A DNA stretch of 64,000 bases from positions 7,908 to 71,907 of the forward strand of contig CASFTB010000006.1 in assembly GCA_949297575.1 (NCBI GenBank), read 5' to 3'. The notes below the pieces were generated by a model, which worked only from the letters and a program-made list of their open reading frames with translations, ran no database searches and was not told the origin of the DNA. A program made the translations under genes and the position numbers. Source of the stretch: an uncultured Bacillota bacterium (GTDB taxonomy: Bacteria; Bacillota; Clostridia; Christensenellales; Borkfalkiaceae). Numbering within the stretch: position 1 is the first letter of the stretch; each line of letters opens with the position of its first letter. Of the stretch, positions 1-8,415 are shown one piece after another.

Positions 1-303
1 CAGGAAACGGACGACCTCTCCGCGTACGACGCCTTCTTTGCTCTCTGCAAAGAGGGGAGGGTGTCCCTCCGCGCCACGAACGTGCTTGTCCCCGGAAAAA
101 ACGATACGGCAGAAAAGATCGGGGCGCTCGCTTCTCTGCTGCGCCGCAGCTCTGTCGAGGAGGGCATCCGCTTTCTTCCCTTCCGAAAACTTTGTCTAGA
201 TAAATACAGAGAGCTCGGCATGGTCTTTCCTTATGTAAACATAAGGGAGGCAGAGGAGGGGGATATTCTGCGCGCAAATATCGTTTTCAGGCAATTTATT
301 TAA
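1..303 (+). CDS. 3' end of a glycyl-radical-enzyme activating protein (PflA-like radical SAM), cut by the window edge
   Basis: Frame 1 is open from nt 1. The tail ...VLVPGKNDTAEKIGALASLL...IRFLPFRKLCLDKYRELG resembles PFL-activase C-termini. The N-terminal CxxxCxxC is outside the window, so the family call is tentative. Confidence 0.5.
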   Translation, partial: QETDDLSAYDAFFALCKEGRVSLRATNVLVPGKNDTAEKIGALASLLRRSSVEEGIRFLPFRKLCLDKYRELGMVFPYVNIREAEEGDILRANIVFRQFI

Positions 304-374
304 GTTTATGATGTAGTATGTGTGACATAATTCGGCGTTTATTATATTGTTTCTCTTTTGGGTACGTGAGTAAA

Positions 375-413
375 AAGAGGGGCAGGCATTCCATGCGGAT
401 GCCTGCCCCTCTT
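375..413. terminator. Bidirectional intrinsic terminator between convergent genes
   Basis: Perfect 15-bp stem aagaggggcaggcat / atgcctgcccctctt (375-389 / 399-413), with an A-run upstream and T-rich sequence downstream. Confidence 0.8.
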
Positions 414-432
414 CCGTTTGGACGGCGTATTG

Positions 433-1287
433 TCAGTGCGACTTGAGATACTTCAGTGCTTCCGTCCCCGCGATCATTCCGTCGTAAACAGCCTTTGCGA
501 TCTGCTGTATGCCGGCAGTGCAGTCTCCCGCGGCGTAGATGCCGGGGATATTGGTCGCTCTCTTTTCGTCCACGGCGATCTTGTTGTTTTCCGTTGTCTC
601 CAGTCCCAGTTTTTTGGAAAGTTCAAAGGCTCCCGCCGAACCGCAGGCGACGAACAGCCCGTCAAAGCGTTCGCGCGTGCCGTCCGAAAACACGACTTCC
701 CTGAGCGCCTCATCGCCTTCCAGGCGGTCGATCCTGCGCCCGTCGTATGCGTGCGCAAAGGAGGGCGTTTCGCCGTTTGTGAGCGCCGTAACGTCGTCTA
801 TGAGGCTTTTAAGGACGGCGTACTCGTTTGCGGCATAGGGGCCGCTGCCGATGACGCCCACTTTTTTGCCTCGGAAAAAGAAGGCGTCGCAGACGGCGCA
901 ATAGCTCACGCCCGCCCCTTCGAATTTCTGTATATTGCCGATGGGGGGCACGCTGCGCGAGGCCCCGCAGGCGACGATGACTGCCCCCGCCTTGAGAGAA
1001 CGGCCGTCCGCCGTCTTTACCGTGAACCCGTCGGCAGCGAATTCAATGCCGCACACTTCCGCGCAGAGGAGTGCGGCGCCGAGGTTCTGCGCCTGTTTTG
1101 TGCCCGCTTCGACGAGCTCTTTTGCATCTATTCCGTCTGCAAAGCCGTAATAGTTTTGGATGAGTGACGCCCTGCCGAGCGCTCCTGCGTCCTTTGCGAC
1201 GACGGTTACGTCCGCTCCGCCGCGCACGGCGTACAGTGCCGCCGAGATGCCGGCGGGGCCGCGGCCGAGTATGACAAGTTTTTTCAT
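433..1287 (-). CDS. Thioredoxin-reductase-like flavoprotein (low-Mr TrxR fold, NADPH motif absent)
   Basis: 284 aa. It has the FAD motif ILGRGPAGISAA, the redox pair YCAVCD (nt 889-900) and GIYAAGD near the C-terminus. The HRRD NADPH signature is missing. Confidence 0.8.
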   Translation of the reverse strand: MKKLVILGRGPAGISAALYAVRGGADVTVVAKDAGALGRASLIQNYYGFADGIDAKELVEAGTKQAQNLGAALLCAEVCGIEFAADGFTVKTADGRSLKAGAVIVACGASRSVPPIGNIQKFEGAGVSYCAVCDAFFFRGKKVGVIGSGPYAANEYAVLKSLIDDVTALTNGETPSFAHAYDGRRIDRLEGDEALREVVFSDGTRERFDGLFVACGSAGAFELSKKLGLETTENNKIAVDEKRATNIPGIYAAGDCTAGIQQIAKAVYDGMIAGTEALKYLKSH

Positions 1288-1408
1288 GAGTTATACCTCG
1301 TTCCCGCGGTGCGTGTACGCTCCGCGCTCTCTAATATGTGCGCGTGCGACAAAATAATGTACCTCTTTCCCGCGGTCGGCAATACGAGTTGCCGGGCCGG
1401 CAGGGGAA

Positions 1409-1438
1409 CAAAAAAGCGCAGGCTTTCAAGCCTGCGCC
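1409..1438 (-). terminator. rpsT intrinsic terminator
   Basis: 9-bp stem gcgcaggct/agcctgcgc (1416-1424 / 1429-1437), followed on the minus strand by a T6 tract (A-run 1410-1415). Confidence 0.8.
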
Positions 1439-1453
1439 CCGTTTCAACTGAAT

Positions 1454-1834
1454 TTACTTTGCCTCGGCGGTTTTCTTCGCCCTCGTCTTCTTGGGCTTTG
1501 CCTCGGCGGGTGCCTCTTCGGCGACAGGTGCTTCCGCGGGCGCTTCGGCCTTGGCTTCCGCCTTGGGGGCAGCTTTCAGGGCGTTGAGGTTCTTCGCGAG
1601 AGCAGACTTCTTGTTCGCCGCGTTGTTCTTGTGGAGGATCCCCTTGCTCGCGGCGGAATCGATGGTGGAAACGGTTTCTGGCAGCAGCTTTTCCGCGGCC
1701 TCCGCGTCGCCGGCTGCCAGAGCTGCGTTGAATTTTTTGATGGCGGTCTTTACCGCAGATCTGATCATCCTGTTCTGGGTGTTCTTCTTTTCGGTAACGA
1801 GAACGCGCTTTTTCGCAGATTTGATGTTCGGCAC
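1454..1834 (-). CDS. rpsT: 30S ribosomal protein S20 with an extended Ala/Lys/Pro/Glu-rich C-terminal tail
   Basis: GTG start behind a GAAAGGAGA SD. MPNIKSAKKRVLVTEKKNTQNRMIRSAVKTAIKKF is the S20 signature. It is 126 aa versus about 86-90 typical. Confidence 0.93.
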   Translation of the reverse strand: MPNIKSAKKRVLVTEKKNTQNRMIRSAVKTAIKKFNAALAAGDAEAAEKLLPETVSTIDSAASKGILHKNNAANKKSALAKNLNALKAAPKAEAKAEAPAEAPVAEEAPAEAKPKKTRAKKTAEAK

Positions 1835-1876
1835 TTTGCTTCTCCTTTCAATGATTGCTCATTTAATATCTTAGCT

Positions 1877-1905
1877 ATTTTATCATAAAAAAATCTGCTT
1901 GTAAA
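1877..1905 (-). promoter_or_regulatory. Putative sigma-A promoter of rpsT
   Basis: On the minus strand: TTTACA (1900-1905), 17 bp, TAAAAT (1877-1882), about 40 nt upstream of the rpsT start. Confidence 0.55.
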
Positions 1906-1980
1906 CTGTTTTTTCCATGAATGAGTAATTTTTTCTCCCCTTTTTTCATATGTTCTAAAAAACGTCGGGAGGGGAGGCGC

Positions 1981-2706
1981 GTGAAAGAAGGTTTCATTGC
2001 CCTGTTTGACAGCGGCATAGGGGGGCTGACGCTGCTCGCGGAATGTGTTCGGCGCTATCCGCAGGGGAGATACCTGTATTGCGGCGACAACGAGAACGCG
2101 CCCTACGGAGGGAGGGAAGAGCGGGAGATCCTGCGCCTCGCGCGGGCGGCATTTTCCCGTATCCGCGCCTTTCCCGTGCGCGCGGCCTGCATCGCCTGCA
2201 ATACCGTCACGGCGGTCTGCATCGACGCGCTGCGGAAAGAACTCCCGTTTCCTGTCGCGGGGACGGAACCCGCCCTGCGCCCAGCGGTGCGCGCTGTCCC
2301 CGGGGGACGCGTGCTCCTGCTCGCCACCCGTGCCACGCTGAACAGCGGGCGCGTCGGGCGGCTGATCGCGTCCTGCGGGGGCGCGGAGATCGTCACGTTC
2401 TGTCCGGGGGGCCTTGCGGGGGAGATAGAGCGGAACATTGCCGACCTCTCGCGCGTGCGGCTGACCCTCCCCGTCGGAAAATTCGATGCGGCCGTGCTTG
2501 GCTGTACGCACTATATTTGGGTGCGCGAACGCATCGCCGCGGCGCTGGACTGCCCCGTTTTTGACGGAAATACAGGGACGGCTGACCACTTGGCTACACT
2601 TGCAAACATATGTTCGAAAAATATGAAAAAAACGAACAAAAATTCTCCGTTGTTCATCGGAAACTCGGCAAAATCAAATAAAAAAGCATATTCGCTCCTC
2701 ATATAA
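1981..2706 (+). CDS. murI: Glutamate racemase
   Basis: FDSGIGGLT, the catalytic-Cys motifs ACIACNTV and LGCTHY, and LLATRATL. GTG 1981 follows a GGGAGGGGAGG SD. The longest ORF starts at 1921 but adds a non-homologous leader. Confidence 0.9.
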   Translation: MKEGFIALFDSGIGGLTLLAECVRRYPQGRYLYCGDNENAPYGGREEREILRLARAAFSRIRAFPVRAACIACNTVTAVCIDALRKELPFPVAGTEPALRPAVRAVPGGRVLLLATRATLNSGRVGRLIASCGGAEIVTFCPGGLAGEIERNIADLSRVRLTLPVGKFDAAVLGCTHYIWVRERIAAALDCPVFDGNTGTADHLATLANICSKNMKKTNKNSPLFIGNSAKSNKKAYSLLI

Positions 2707-2796
2707 TGCAAACGTATGTTTGTATTTTTCAGAAAATGGTGCATGATGGCGAAAATTTTTAAAAAAATTTCTGATTTTTACATAAAAAATTAGCTG

Positions 2797-2830
2797 AGTG
2801 GTTGACAGTGGTCAAAAGTGGTGATATAAT
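2797..2830 (+). promoter_or_regulatory. mraZ/dcw promoter overlapped by three phased MraZ-box-like direct repeats
   Basis: TTGACA (2802-2807), 17 bp, TATAAT (2825-2830). AGTGGT occurs at 2797, 2807 and 2817, exactly 10 bp apart. Confidence 0.75.
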
Positions 2831-2879
2831 AGAACCATATTAACGGCGGGAGTAGTCCCCGCACGGAGCATGGGCGGAA

Positions 2880-3323
2880 ATGTATTCTTTCAACGGACGG
2901 TTCAACAATCGGTTGGACGATAAAAACAGAATACGCATCCCCGCAAAATTCAAGGCGGAGCTCGGGGCGGATTATAAGTTCGTCTTCGGCCCCGGCGAGA
3001 CCATTTACGTCATGCCCCAGCGGGAATACCAGAAGATCCTCGACGCCTTCGGCGAGGCCTCTTTCTTCGACGAGGAAGCGCAGAACGCGATCGCGAGTTT
3101 CACCGCCATGGTCTACGACGTCACTGAGGACAACCAGGGCAGGGCGGTAATCCCCGCAGAGCTGAAGGAATACGCCCATATCGACAAAGAGATCGTCATC
3201 ACGGGCGCGGCCTCTTACCTTCGCATCGAATCCGCCGAAAGGTTCGCGCAGAAAAATGCGAACATGAACGTCGGCAGCGTCTTCGCCAGGCTGAACGGCC
3301 TGCGTAAGGCAAAGAATGATTGA
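2880..3323 (+). CDS. mraZ: Transcriptional regulator MraZ
   Basis: 147 aa with two DxxxR motifs (DDKNRIRIPAKF and DNQGRAVIPAEL). It is the first gene of the dcw cluster. Confidence 0.95.
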   Translation: MYSFNGRFNNRLDDKNRIRIPAKFKAELGADYKFVFGPGETIYVMPQREYQKILDAFGEASFFDEEAQNAIASFTAMVYDVTEDNQGRAVIPAELKEYAHIDKEIVITGAASYLRIESAERFAQKNANMNVGSVFARLNGLRKAKND

Positions 3324-4251
3324 GTTTTCCCACAAGCCCGTCCTGCTGGAAGAATGTATGGAAGGGCTGGCATTGAAAAGCGGCGGCGTTTACTTCGACG
3401 GGACGGTAGGGGGCGGCAACCATTCCTTCGAGATCCTCAGAAGAAGTTCCCCCGACGGCAGGCTGATCGCGACCGACCTCGACGATTTCGCCATCGCCGC
3501 GGCGACAAAAAAGTTGGAGCCCTTTGCGGGACGTTTCCGCATCTATAAGAGTAACTTCAAGAACTTTGAAAGGGTGCTGGAAGAGGACGGCACCGCATGG
3601 CTGGACGGCGTGCTTCTCGATTTCGGCGTCTCGAGCTTTCAGCTGGACGAGGTTTCCCGCGGGTTCACCTATCGGCAGGACGCACCGCTGGACATGCGTA
3701 TGGACGAGGGCGCTTCCCTCTCCGCAGAGGACGTCGTCAACGACTATCCGCAGGAGAGGCTGGCGCGTATCCTCCGCGAATATGGGGAAGAGCGCTTTGC
3801 TTCCCGCATCGCCGCGAACATCGCCGCACAGAGGCGGAAGGGACGCATCACCCGGACGGGGCAGCTCGCTGCGATCGTCGAGGAGAGCATCCCCGCGAAG
3901 TTCAGGCAGGGCGGGCCCTGCGAGAGAAAGACGTTCCAGGCGATCCGCATCGAGGTCAACGGCGAGCTCGAAGGGCTGGGCGAGGCGGTAAAGGGCCTGG
4001 CACGGCGGCTGAAAAAAGGGGGCCGCATCTGCATCATCACCTTCCATTCCTTAGAGGACAGGATCGTGAAAAACGTCTTCCGAGACATGGCGAGCGACTG
4101 CATCTGTGACAAGAGTCTTCCCGTCTGCGTCTGCGGAAAAAAGAGAGAACTAAAACCGATTACACACAAACCGCTCACCGCGACCGAAGGGGAATTACAG
4201 GAAAATTCGCGGGCGAAAAGCGCAAAACTGCGCATAGCGGAGCGGGTCTGA
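3316..4251 (+). CDS. rsmH: 16S rRNA (cytosine1402-N4)-methyltransferase
   Basis: HKPVLLEE, FDGTVGGGNHS, LLDFGVSSFQLD and ITFHSLEDRIVK. It overlaps the mraZ stop. Confidence 0.95.
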   Translation: MIEFSHKPVLLEECMEGLALKSGGVYFDGTVGGGNHSFEILRRSSPDGRLIATDLDDFAIAAATKKLEPFAGRFRIYKSNFKNFERVLEEDGTAWLDGVLLDFGVSSFQLDEVSRGFTYRQDAPLDMRMDEGASLSAEDVVNDYPQERLARILREYGEERFASRIAANIAAQRRKGRITRTGQLAAIVEESIPAKFRQGGPCERKTFQAIRIEVNGELEGLGEAVKGLARRLKKGGRICIITFHSLEDRIVKNVFRDMASDCICDKSLPVCVCGKKRELKPITHKPLTATEGELQENSRAKSAKLRIAERV

Positions 4252-4275
4252 GAATATATTGAAGGAGATAGCGAA

Positions 4276-5085
4276 ATGGCAACAGCACTTCCCGTATTGG
4301 AAAGAGAAAGGACCAAACAGAAGAGCCCCGAACTGAAGGCGTACGGCAAACTCAGCGGGGGGGCGGAGCCTGCCGAAATGACGGAGGAGCAGATCGCCCT
4401 CAATTTCAATTCGCGGATCTCCGAAAATTATCAGAAGCTGATCAATCCCGACCTTACCCGTGCGGAGGAGATCATCGGAGACGCGGCGCCGCAGCAGACT
4501 CCCGTCTACGAAACGCCCGAAGATTACGCCCGTTCCGTGCTCTATCCCGAGCGCGAACAGGAGCAGGCGCCCCGCTTCGAGCATCAGCGCGTGACGGAGG
4601 ACATCTTCCGCGCCGATTCTCCCATCAATGCGGCGCGCGTACAGGCACCCGAGCGCGAGGCATATACGCAGCAGGCATACGCCGCCGAAGCGCAGCCCGC
4701 CTATACGCCGACTTTTGAACAGGAGCCCTATGCGGAGGAAAACGAAGACCTCACCCCGACGGCGACGACCATCCAGTACCGCACCGATCTCTATGCGGAC
4801 GAGCGGCCCGCGGCGCAGGTCGGCGAGCGGAAGAGGTTTTCCCTGACGGCGAAGGGCAAGTTGCTCATGGCGGTGTACGCGGTAGTCGTCGTGGTCGTCC
4901 TGGCACTCATCATCATCAATACGAGCGTCCTGCGCTCCCTCGATGCTTCCGTTGCGGAGAGGCAGGCTGAACTGGATGCGGCGCTTGTCCGCGCAGAGCA
5001 GGTCGCCGAAGACATCGAAGCCGCGACGTCCGAAGAGACGGTCATTCAGTGGGGCCTCGACCACGGCATGTATTTCGGGGAATAA
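4276..5085 (+). CDS. ftsL: FtsL-like bitopic division protein with a long disordered N-terminus
   Basis: It occupies the rsmH-PBP slot. There is a single TM (LLMAVYAVVVVVVLALIIINTSVL, about 4861-4930) followed by a short coiled-coil ectodomain. The call rests on position and topology only. Confidence 0.6.
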   Translation: MATALPVLERERTKQKSPELKAYGKLSGGAEPAEMTEEQIALNFNSRISENYQKLINPDLTRAEEIIGDAAPQQTPVYETPEDYARSVLYPEREQEQAPRFEHQRVTEDIFRADSPINAARVQAPEREAYTQQAYAAEAQPAYTPTFEQEPYAEENEDLTPTATTIQYRTDLYADERPAAQVGERKRFSLTAKGKLLMAVYAVVVVVVLALIIINTSVLRSLDASVAERQAELDAALVRAEQVAEDIEAATSEETVIQWGLDHGMYFGE

Positions 5086-5262
5086 TTCAAAAAGAGCACG
5101 AAAGAATTCCGGTCTCGCGGGCGGCCCTGTGGATAGGGTTGCGGGCGCGGCCGGTTTTTTTGTGCGGCGAGGTGCGTCATCATCCGGAAAAGAGATCGCG
5201 GAAAAAGCGCGGGGCAGCCCTGCTCCGCAACAGTTTTACGAAAGAGGCTATTCGCCCTGTTT

Positions 5263-6942
5263 TTGGCGACGGCCTTTCTTTTTTTATTCATTTTTGCCAG
5301 ATACTTTCAGGTGCAGGTGGCGGATGGCGGCGAGCTGCGCGCCCGCGCACTCGACCAGTGGACGCGCGAGATCCCGGTCGTTGCGGCGCGCGGGGAGATC
5401 GTGGACAGGAACGGCGTCCTCCTCGCGGGCAATGCGGCGTCCTATTCCGTGTTCGTCCGCCCCAACGCCGTGGAAGATGCCGCGGAGACGGCATCCGTAC
5501 TTGCTTCCCTGTTCGGGCTGAACGGCGAAGCGCTGTACGAAAAGCTGACCGGTGCCCGTGTCTCCGAGATCACCGTCGCGCGCCGCGTCTCGCGGGAGAA
5601 GGCGGCCGCCCTGGAAGAATACGACCTGCCGGGCGTCTACTATGCGCGCGACAATACGCGCATCTATCCGCACGGCTCTTCGCTCAGCCGCGTCCTCGGC
5701 TTTACATCCGTGGATAACAGCGGACTCACGGGTCTGGAAAAATATTACGACGAGTACCTTTCAGGTATCGACGGTGAGATCCTGTACCCCGCCGACCTTG
5801 TGGGCAAAGAGGTGGAGGGGGAGGCAGTCTATTATCCCGCGACGGACGGCATGACGCTGCGGCTCACCGTCGACTACGGCATACAAGCCGTCGCGGAGGC
5901 CGCGGCGGAGCGCCTGTACGAACAGTTTTCTCCCGTCTCGGCGCAGATCGTCGTGCTTGATCCGAAGGATTTCAGCATCCTCGCGATGGCGGAGAGCCCG
6001 GGGTACGACCTCAACGACATCCCCCGGGAGGACGGGGAGCTTCTCAACGAGCTTTCCCGCAACGACCTCGTTTCAGATATTTACGAGCCGGGTTCGACGT
6101 TCAAGATTGTGACGGCCGCGGCGAACATCGAGGAGTATCTGCGCGGCAATACCGCTGCCTTTTCTCCCGAACATATCTTCAGCGGCAGCCGCACCCGCAC
6201 AGTGGACGGCACGACCGTGCGCTGCTGGAGCGACCATGCCAACGGAAAGCATTCCCGCCAGACGCTCGCCGAGGCGCTGAGCAACAGCTGCAATCCCTGC
6301 TTCACCGATATCGCCCTCGTTTTGGGAACGGAGACGTTTTACGATTACCTCGAATTGTTCGGGTTCGGGAAGGTGACGGGCATCGACTTTTCGGGTGAGG
6401 CGCAGGGGATGCTCCTCCCCGAAAGCGCGGTGCGCGCCTGCGACCTCGCCCGCATCGGCTTCGGACAGACGGTCGCGGTCACCGCTCTGCAGCTCGCCTG
6501 TGCGGGGGCGGCGGCGGTCAACGGCGGATATTATTACACTCCGCGCCTGGTCGAAGCGATCTGTACGGAGGACGGAGAAATCGAGCGCGAGATCGCGCCG
6601 CAGCTGAAAAACCGGACGGTGAGCGAGGAGGCCTCGCGCCTGCTCGCATCCATGCTCGAAGGAGTCGTGGAGAAGGGGAGCGGCAGTCGCGCCTACATAG
6701 AGGGATACCGCGTCGGAGGGAAGACGGGCACGGCGCAGAAGTTTGAGGGCGGTTCCATCGCCGCGGGGAAATACGTCTCCTCTTTTCTCGGCTTTTTTCC
6801 CGCGGATAGCCCGCAGTATCTCGCTCTGGTCATCGTCGACGAGCCGCAGGGCGCTTACTATGGCAGTGTCGTCGCCGCGCCCGCGGCGAAGGAAGTTTTT
6901 GAAGGGATCATTGCATTGAAGGATATCCGACCCTTCGCATAA
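5263..6942 (+). CDS. Class B penicillin-binding protein (FtsI/SpoVD type transpeptidase, no PASTA domains)
   Basis: STFK (EPGSTFKIV), SNSCN and KTGTAQ motifs. The first canonical start (TTG 5263) truncates the TM anchor. The open frame extends upstream to 5137 (see findings). Confidence 0.9.
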   Translation: MATAFLFLFIFARYFQVQVADGGELRARALDQWTREIPVVAARGEIVDRNGVLLAGNAASYSVFVRPNAVEDAAETASVLASLFGLNGEALYEKLTGARVSEITVARRVSREKAAALEEYDLPGVYYARDNTRIYPHGSSLSRVLGFTSVDNSGLTGLEKYYDEYLSGIDGEILYPADLVGKEVEGEAVYYPATDGMTLRLTVDYGIQAVAEAAAERLYEQFSPVSAQIVVLDPKDFSILAMAESPGYDLNDIPREDGELLNELSRNDLVSDIYEPGSTFKIVTAAANIEEYLRGNTAAFSPEHIFSGSRTRTVDGTTVRCWSDHANGKHSRQTLAEALSNSCNPCFTDIALVLGTETFYDYLELFGFGKVTGIDFSGEAQGMLLPESAVRACDLARIGFGQTVAVTALQLACAGAAAVNGGYYYTPRLVEAICTEDGEIEREIAPQLKNRTVSEEASRLLASMLEGVVEKGSGSRAYIEGYRVGGKTGTAQKFEGGSIAAGKYVSSFLGFFPADSPQYLALVIVDEPQGAYYGSVVAAPAAKEVFEGIIALKDIRPFA

Positions 6943-6957
6943 AAAGGAGTTTTTGCC

Positions 6958-8415
6958 GTGTTGCTCGGAGATTTGAAGGAAAAGTTTGCACACGAGAGGA
7001 CCTCGCGCTTCGAAGAGCGGGAGATCGCAGGCATCAGTACGGACAGCAAGCACGTCATGCGCGGCGACCTCTTCGTCTGTTTCGCGGGGGGAGAGCACGA
7101 CGGGCACGATTTTGCCGCCGAGGCGCTCGCCGCGGGGGCGGTCGCGCTGGTATGCGAGCGCGAGCTCGATCTGCCCGTGCCTCAGATCATCGTAAAGGAC
7201 GGCCGCGCGGCGGCGGGGGAAGCTGCCGCCGCCTTTTACGGACATCCGGAAAACAGGCTGAAGGTGATCGGCATCACCGGCACCAACGGCAAGACGACGA
7301 CGGCGCACATGCTCGCCTCCGTGCTCGCGGAGGCGGGCAGAGCGTGCGGCATCGTCGGGACTCTCGGCATCCGCTACGCGAACAAGAAGATCTCCCCCGA
7401 GCTCACCACACCCGACCCCGTCTACCTGTACAAAGTGTTTGCCGACATGGCGGAGTGCGGCGTGGAATACGTCGTCATGGAGGTGTCCGCGCATGCGCTG
7501 TATTTCGGAAAGACGGACGGCATTTCGTTTGAGGCGGGCATCTTTACGAACCTGACCGAAGATCACCTCGATTTCTTCGGCACCATGGAGAACTATGCCG
7601 CGGCGAAGGAAAAGCTCTTTCTTCCGGGCAGGTGCCGTGCCGCCGTGCTCAATTACGACGATGAGGAGGGGAGAAAGATCGGCGCCCGCTGTGCGAACGC
7701 GGTCAGTTATGCCCTCGAAAATCCCGCGGACGTGTTCGCCGTGGATATCCGCGAGAGCATAGACGGCTGCCGCTTTGTGCTCAACCTGTTCGACGAGCTG
7801 TACGATATCCGCCTGCGCCTCGCGGGGCTGCACAATGTTTACAATGCGATGGCGGCGGCGGAGTGCGCATCGCTGCTCGGCATCTCTCTCCCCGTCATTG
7901 CGGCGGGGCTCGCAAAGCTGCCGCGGGTGAGCGGGAGACTTGAGCACGTCGGACGGGTGCGCGGGGCGGATATTTTCGTGGACTTTGCGCATACTCCCGA
8001 CGGATTGGAAAAGGCGCTCTCCGCCCTCCGCCGCCACTGCAAGGGCAGGCTGCTCTGCGTGTTCGGCTGCGGAGGAAACAGAGACGCGCAGAAGAGGCCG
8101 ATCATGGGCGGCGTCGCCGCGCGGCTCGCCGACTTTACGGTGCTCACGTCGGATAATCCCCGCTATGAAGACCCCTTCGACATCATTCTGCAGATCGAGG
8201 CAGGTATGCGCCCCTCCACGGACGAATATGTGATCGTCGTGGACAGGGAAAGCGCCATCGGCTATGCCGTCGATATGCTGCAAAAGGGAGACGTCCTGCT
8301 CATTGCGGGCAAGGGCGGGGAGAGGTATCAGGAGATCATGGGGGTCAGGCATATTTACAGTGACGTCGCAGCGGTGCGCGACGCCATCGCGGGCACGGAA
8401 GAGGATGAGGACTGA
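6958..8415 (+). CDS. murE: UDP-N-acetylmuramoyl-L-alanyl-D-glutamate--2,6-diaminopimelate ligase
   Basis: GTG start behind an AAGGAG SD. GITGTNGKTTT and GCGGNRD are present, and the DNPR motif (LTSDNPRYEDP) indicates meso-DAP specificity. Confidence 0.95.
   Translation: MLLGDLKEKFAHERTSRFEEREIAGISTDSKHVMRGDLFVCFAGGEHDGHDFAAEALAAGAVALVCERELDLPVPQIIVKDGRAAAGEAAAAFYGHPENRLKVIGITGTNGKTTTAHMLASVLAEAGRACGIVGTLGIRYANKKISPELTTPDPVYLYKVFADMAECGVEYVVMEVSAHALYFGKTDGISFEAGIFTNLTEDHLDFFGTMENYAAAKEKLFLPGRCRAAVLNYDDEEGRKIGARCANAVSYALENPADVFAVDIRESIDGCRFVLNLFDELYDIRLRLAGLHNVYNAMAAAECASLLGISLPVIAAGLAKLPRVSGRLEHVGRVRGADIFVDFAHTPDGLEKALSALRRHCKGRLLCVFGCGGNRDAQKRPIMGGVAARLADFTVLTSDNPRYEDPFDIILQIEAGMRPSTDEYVIVVDRESAIGYAVDMLQKGDVLLIAGKGGERYQEIMGVRHIYSDVAAVRDAIAGTEEDED

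Noticed and set aside
1921-1980. ATG 1921 as the murI start
   Set aside because: The extra 20 aa (MSNFFSPFFICSKKRREGRR) are non-homologous and AT-rich. GTG 1981 has a strong SD and gives the normal distance to the FDSGIGG motif.
5172-5290. Frame-3 ORF starting at GTG 5172 ((M)RHHPEKRSRKKRG...) as the true N-terminus of the PBP via a frameshift
   Set aside because: It would need an indel with no obvious slippery or homopolymer site at the required position. The in-frame upstream extension already encodes the missing TM segment. It is retained only as an alternative under the PBP-start finding.
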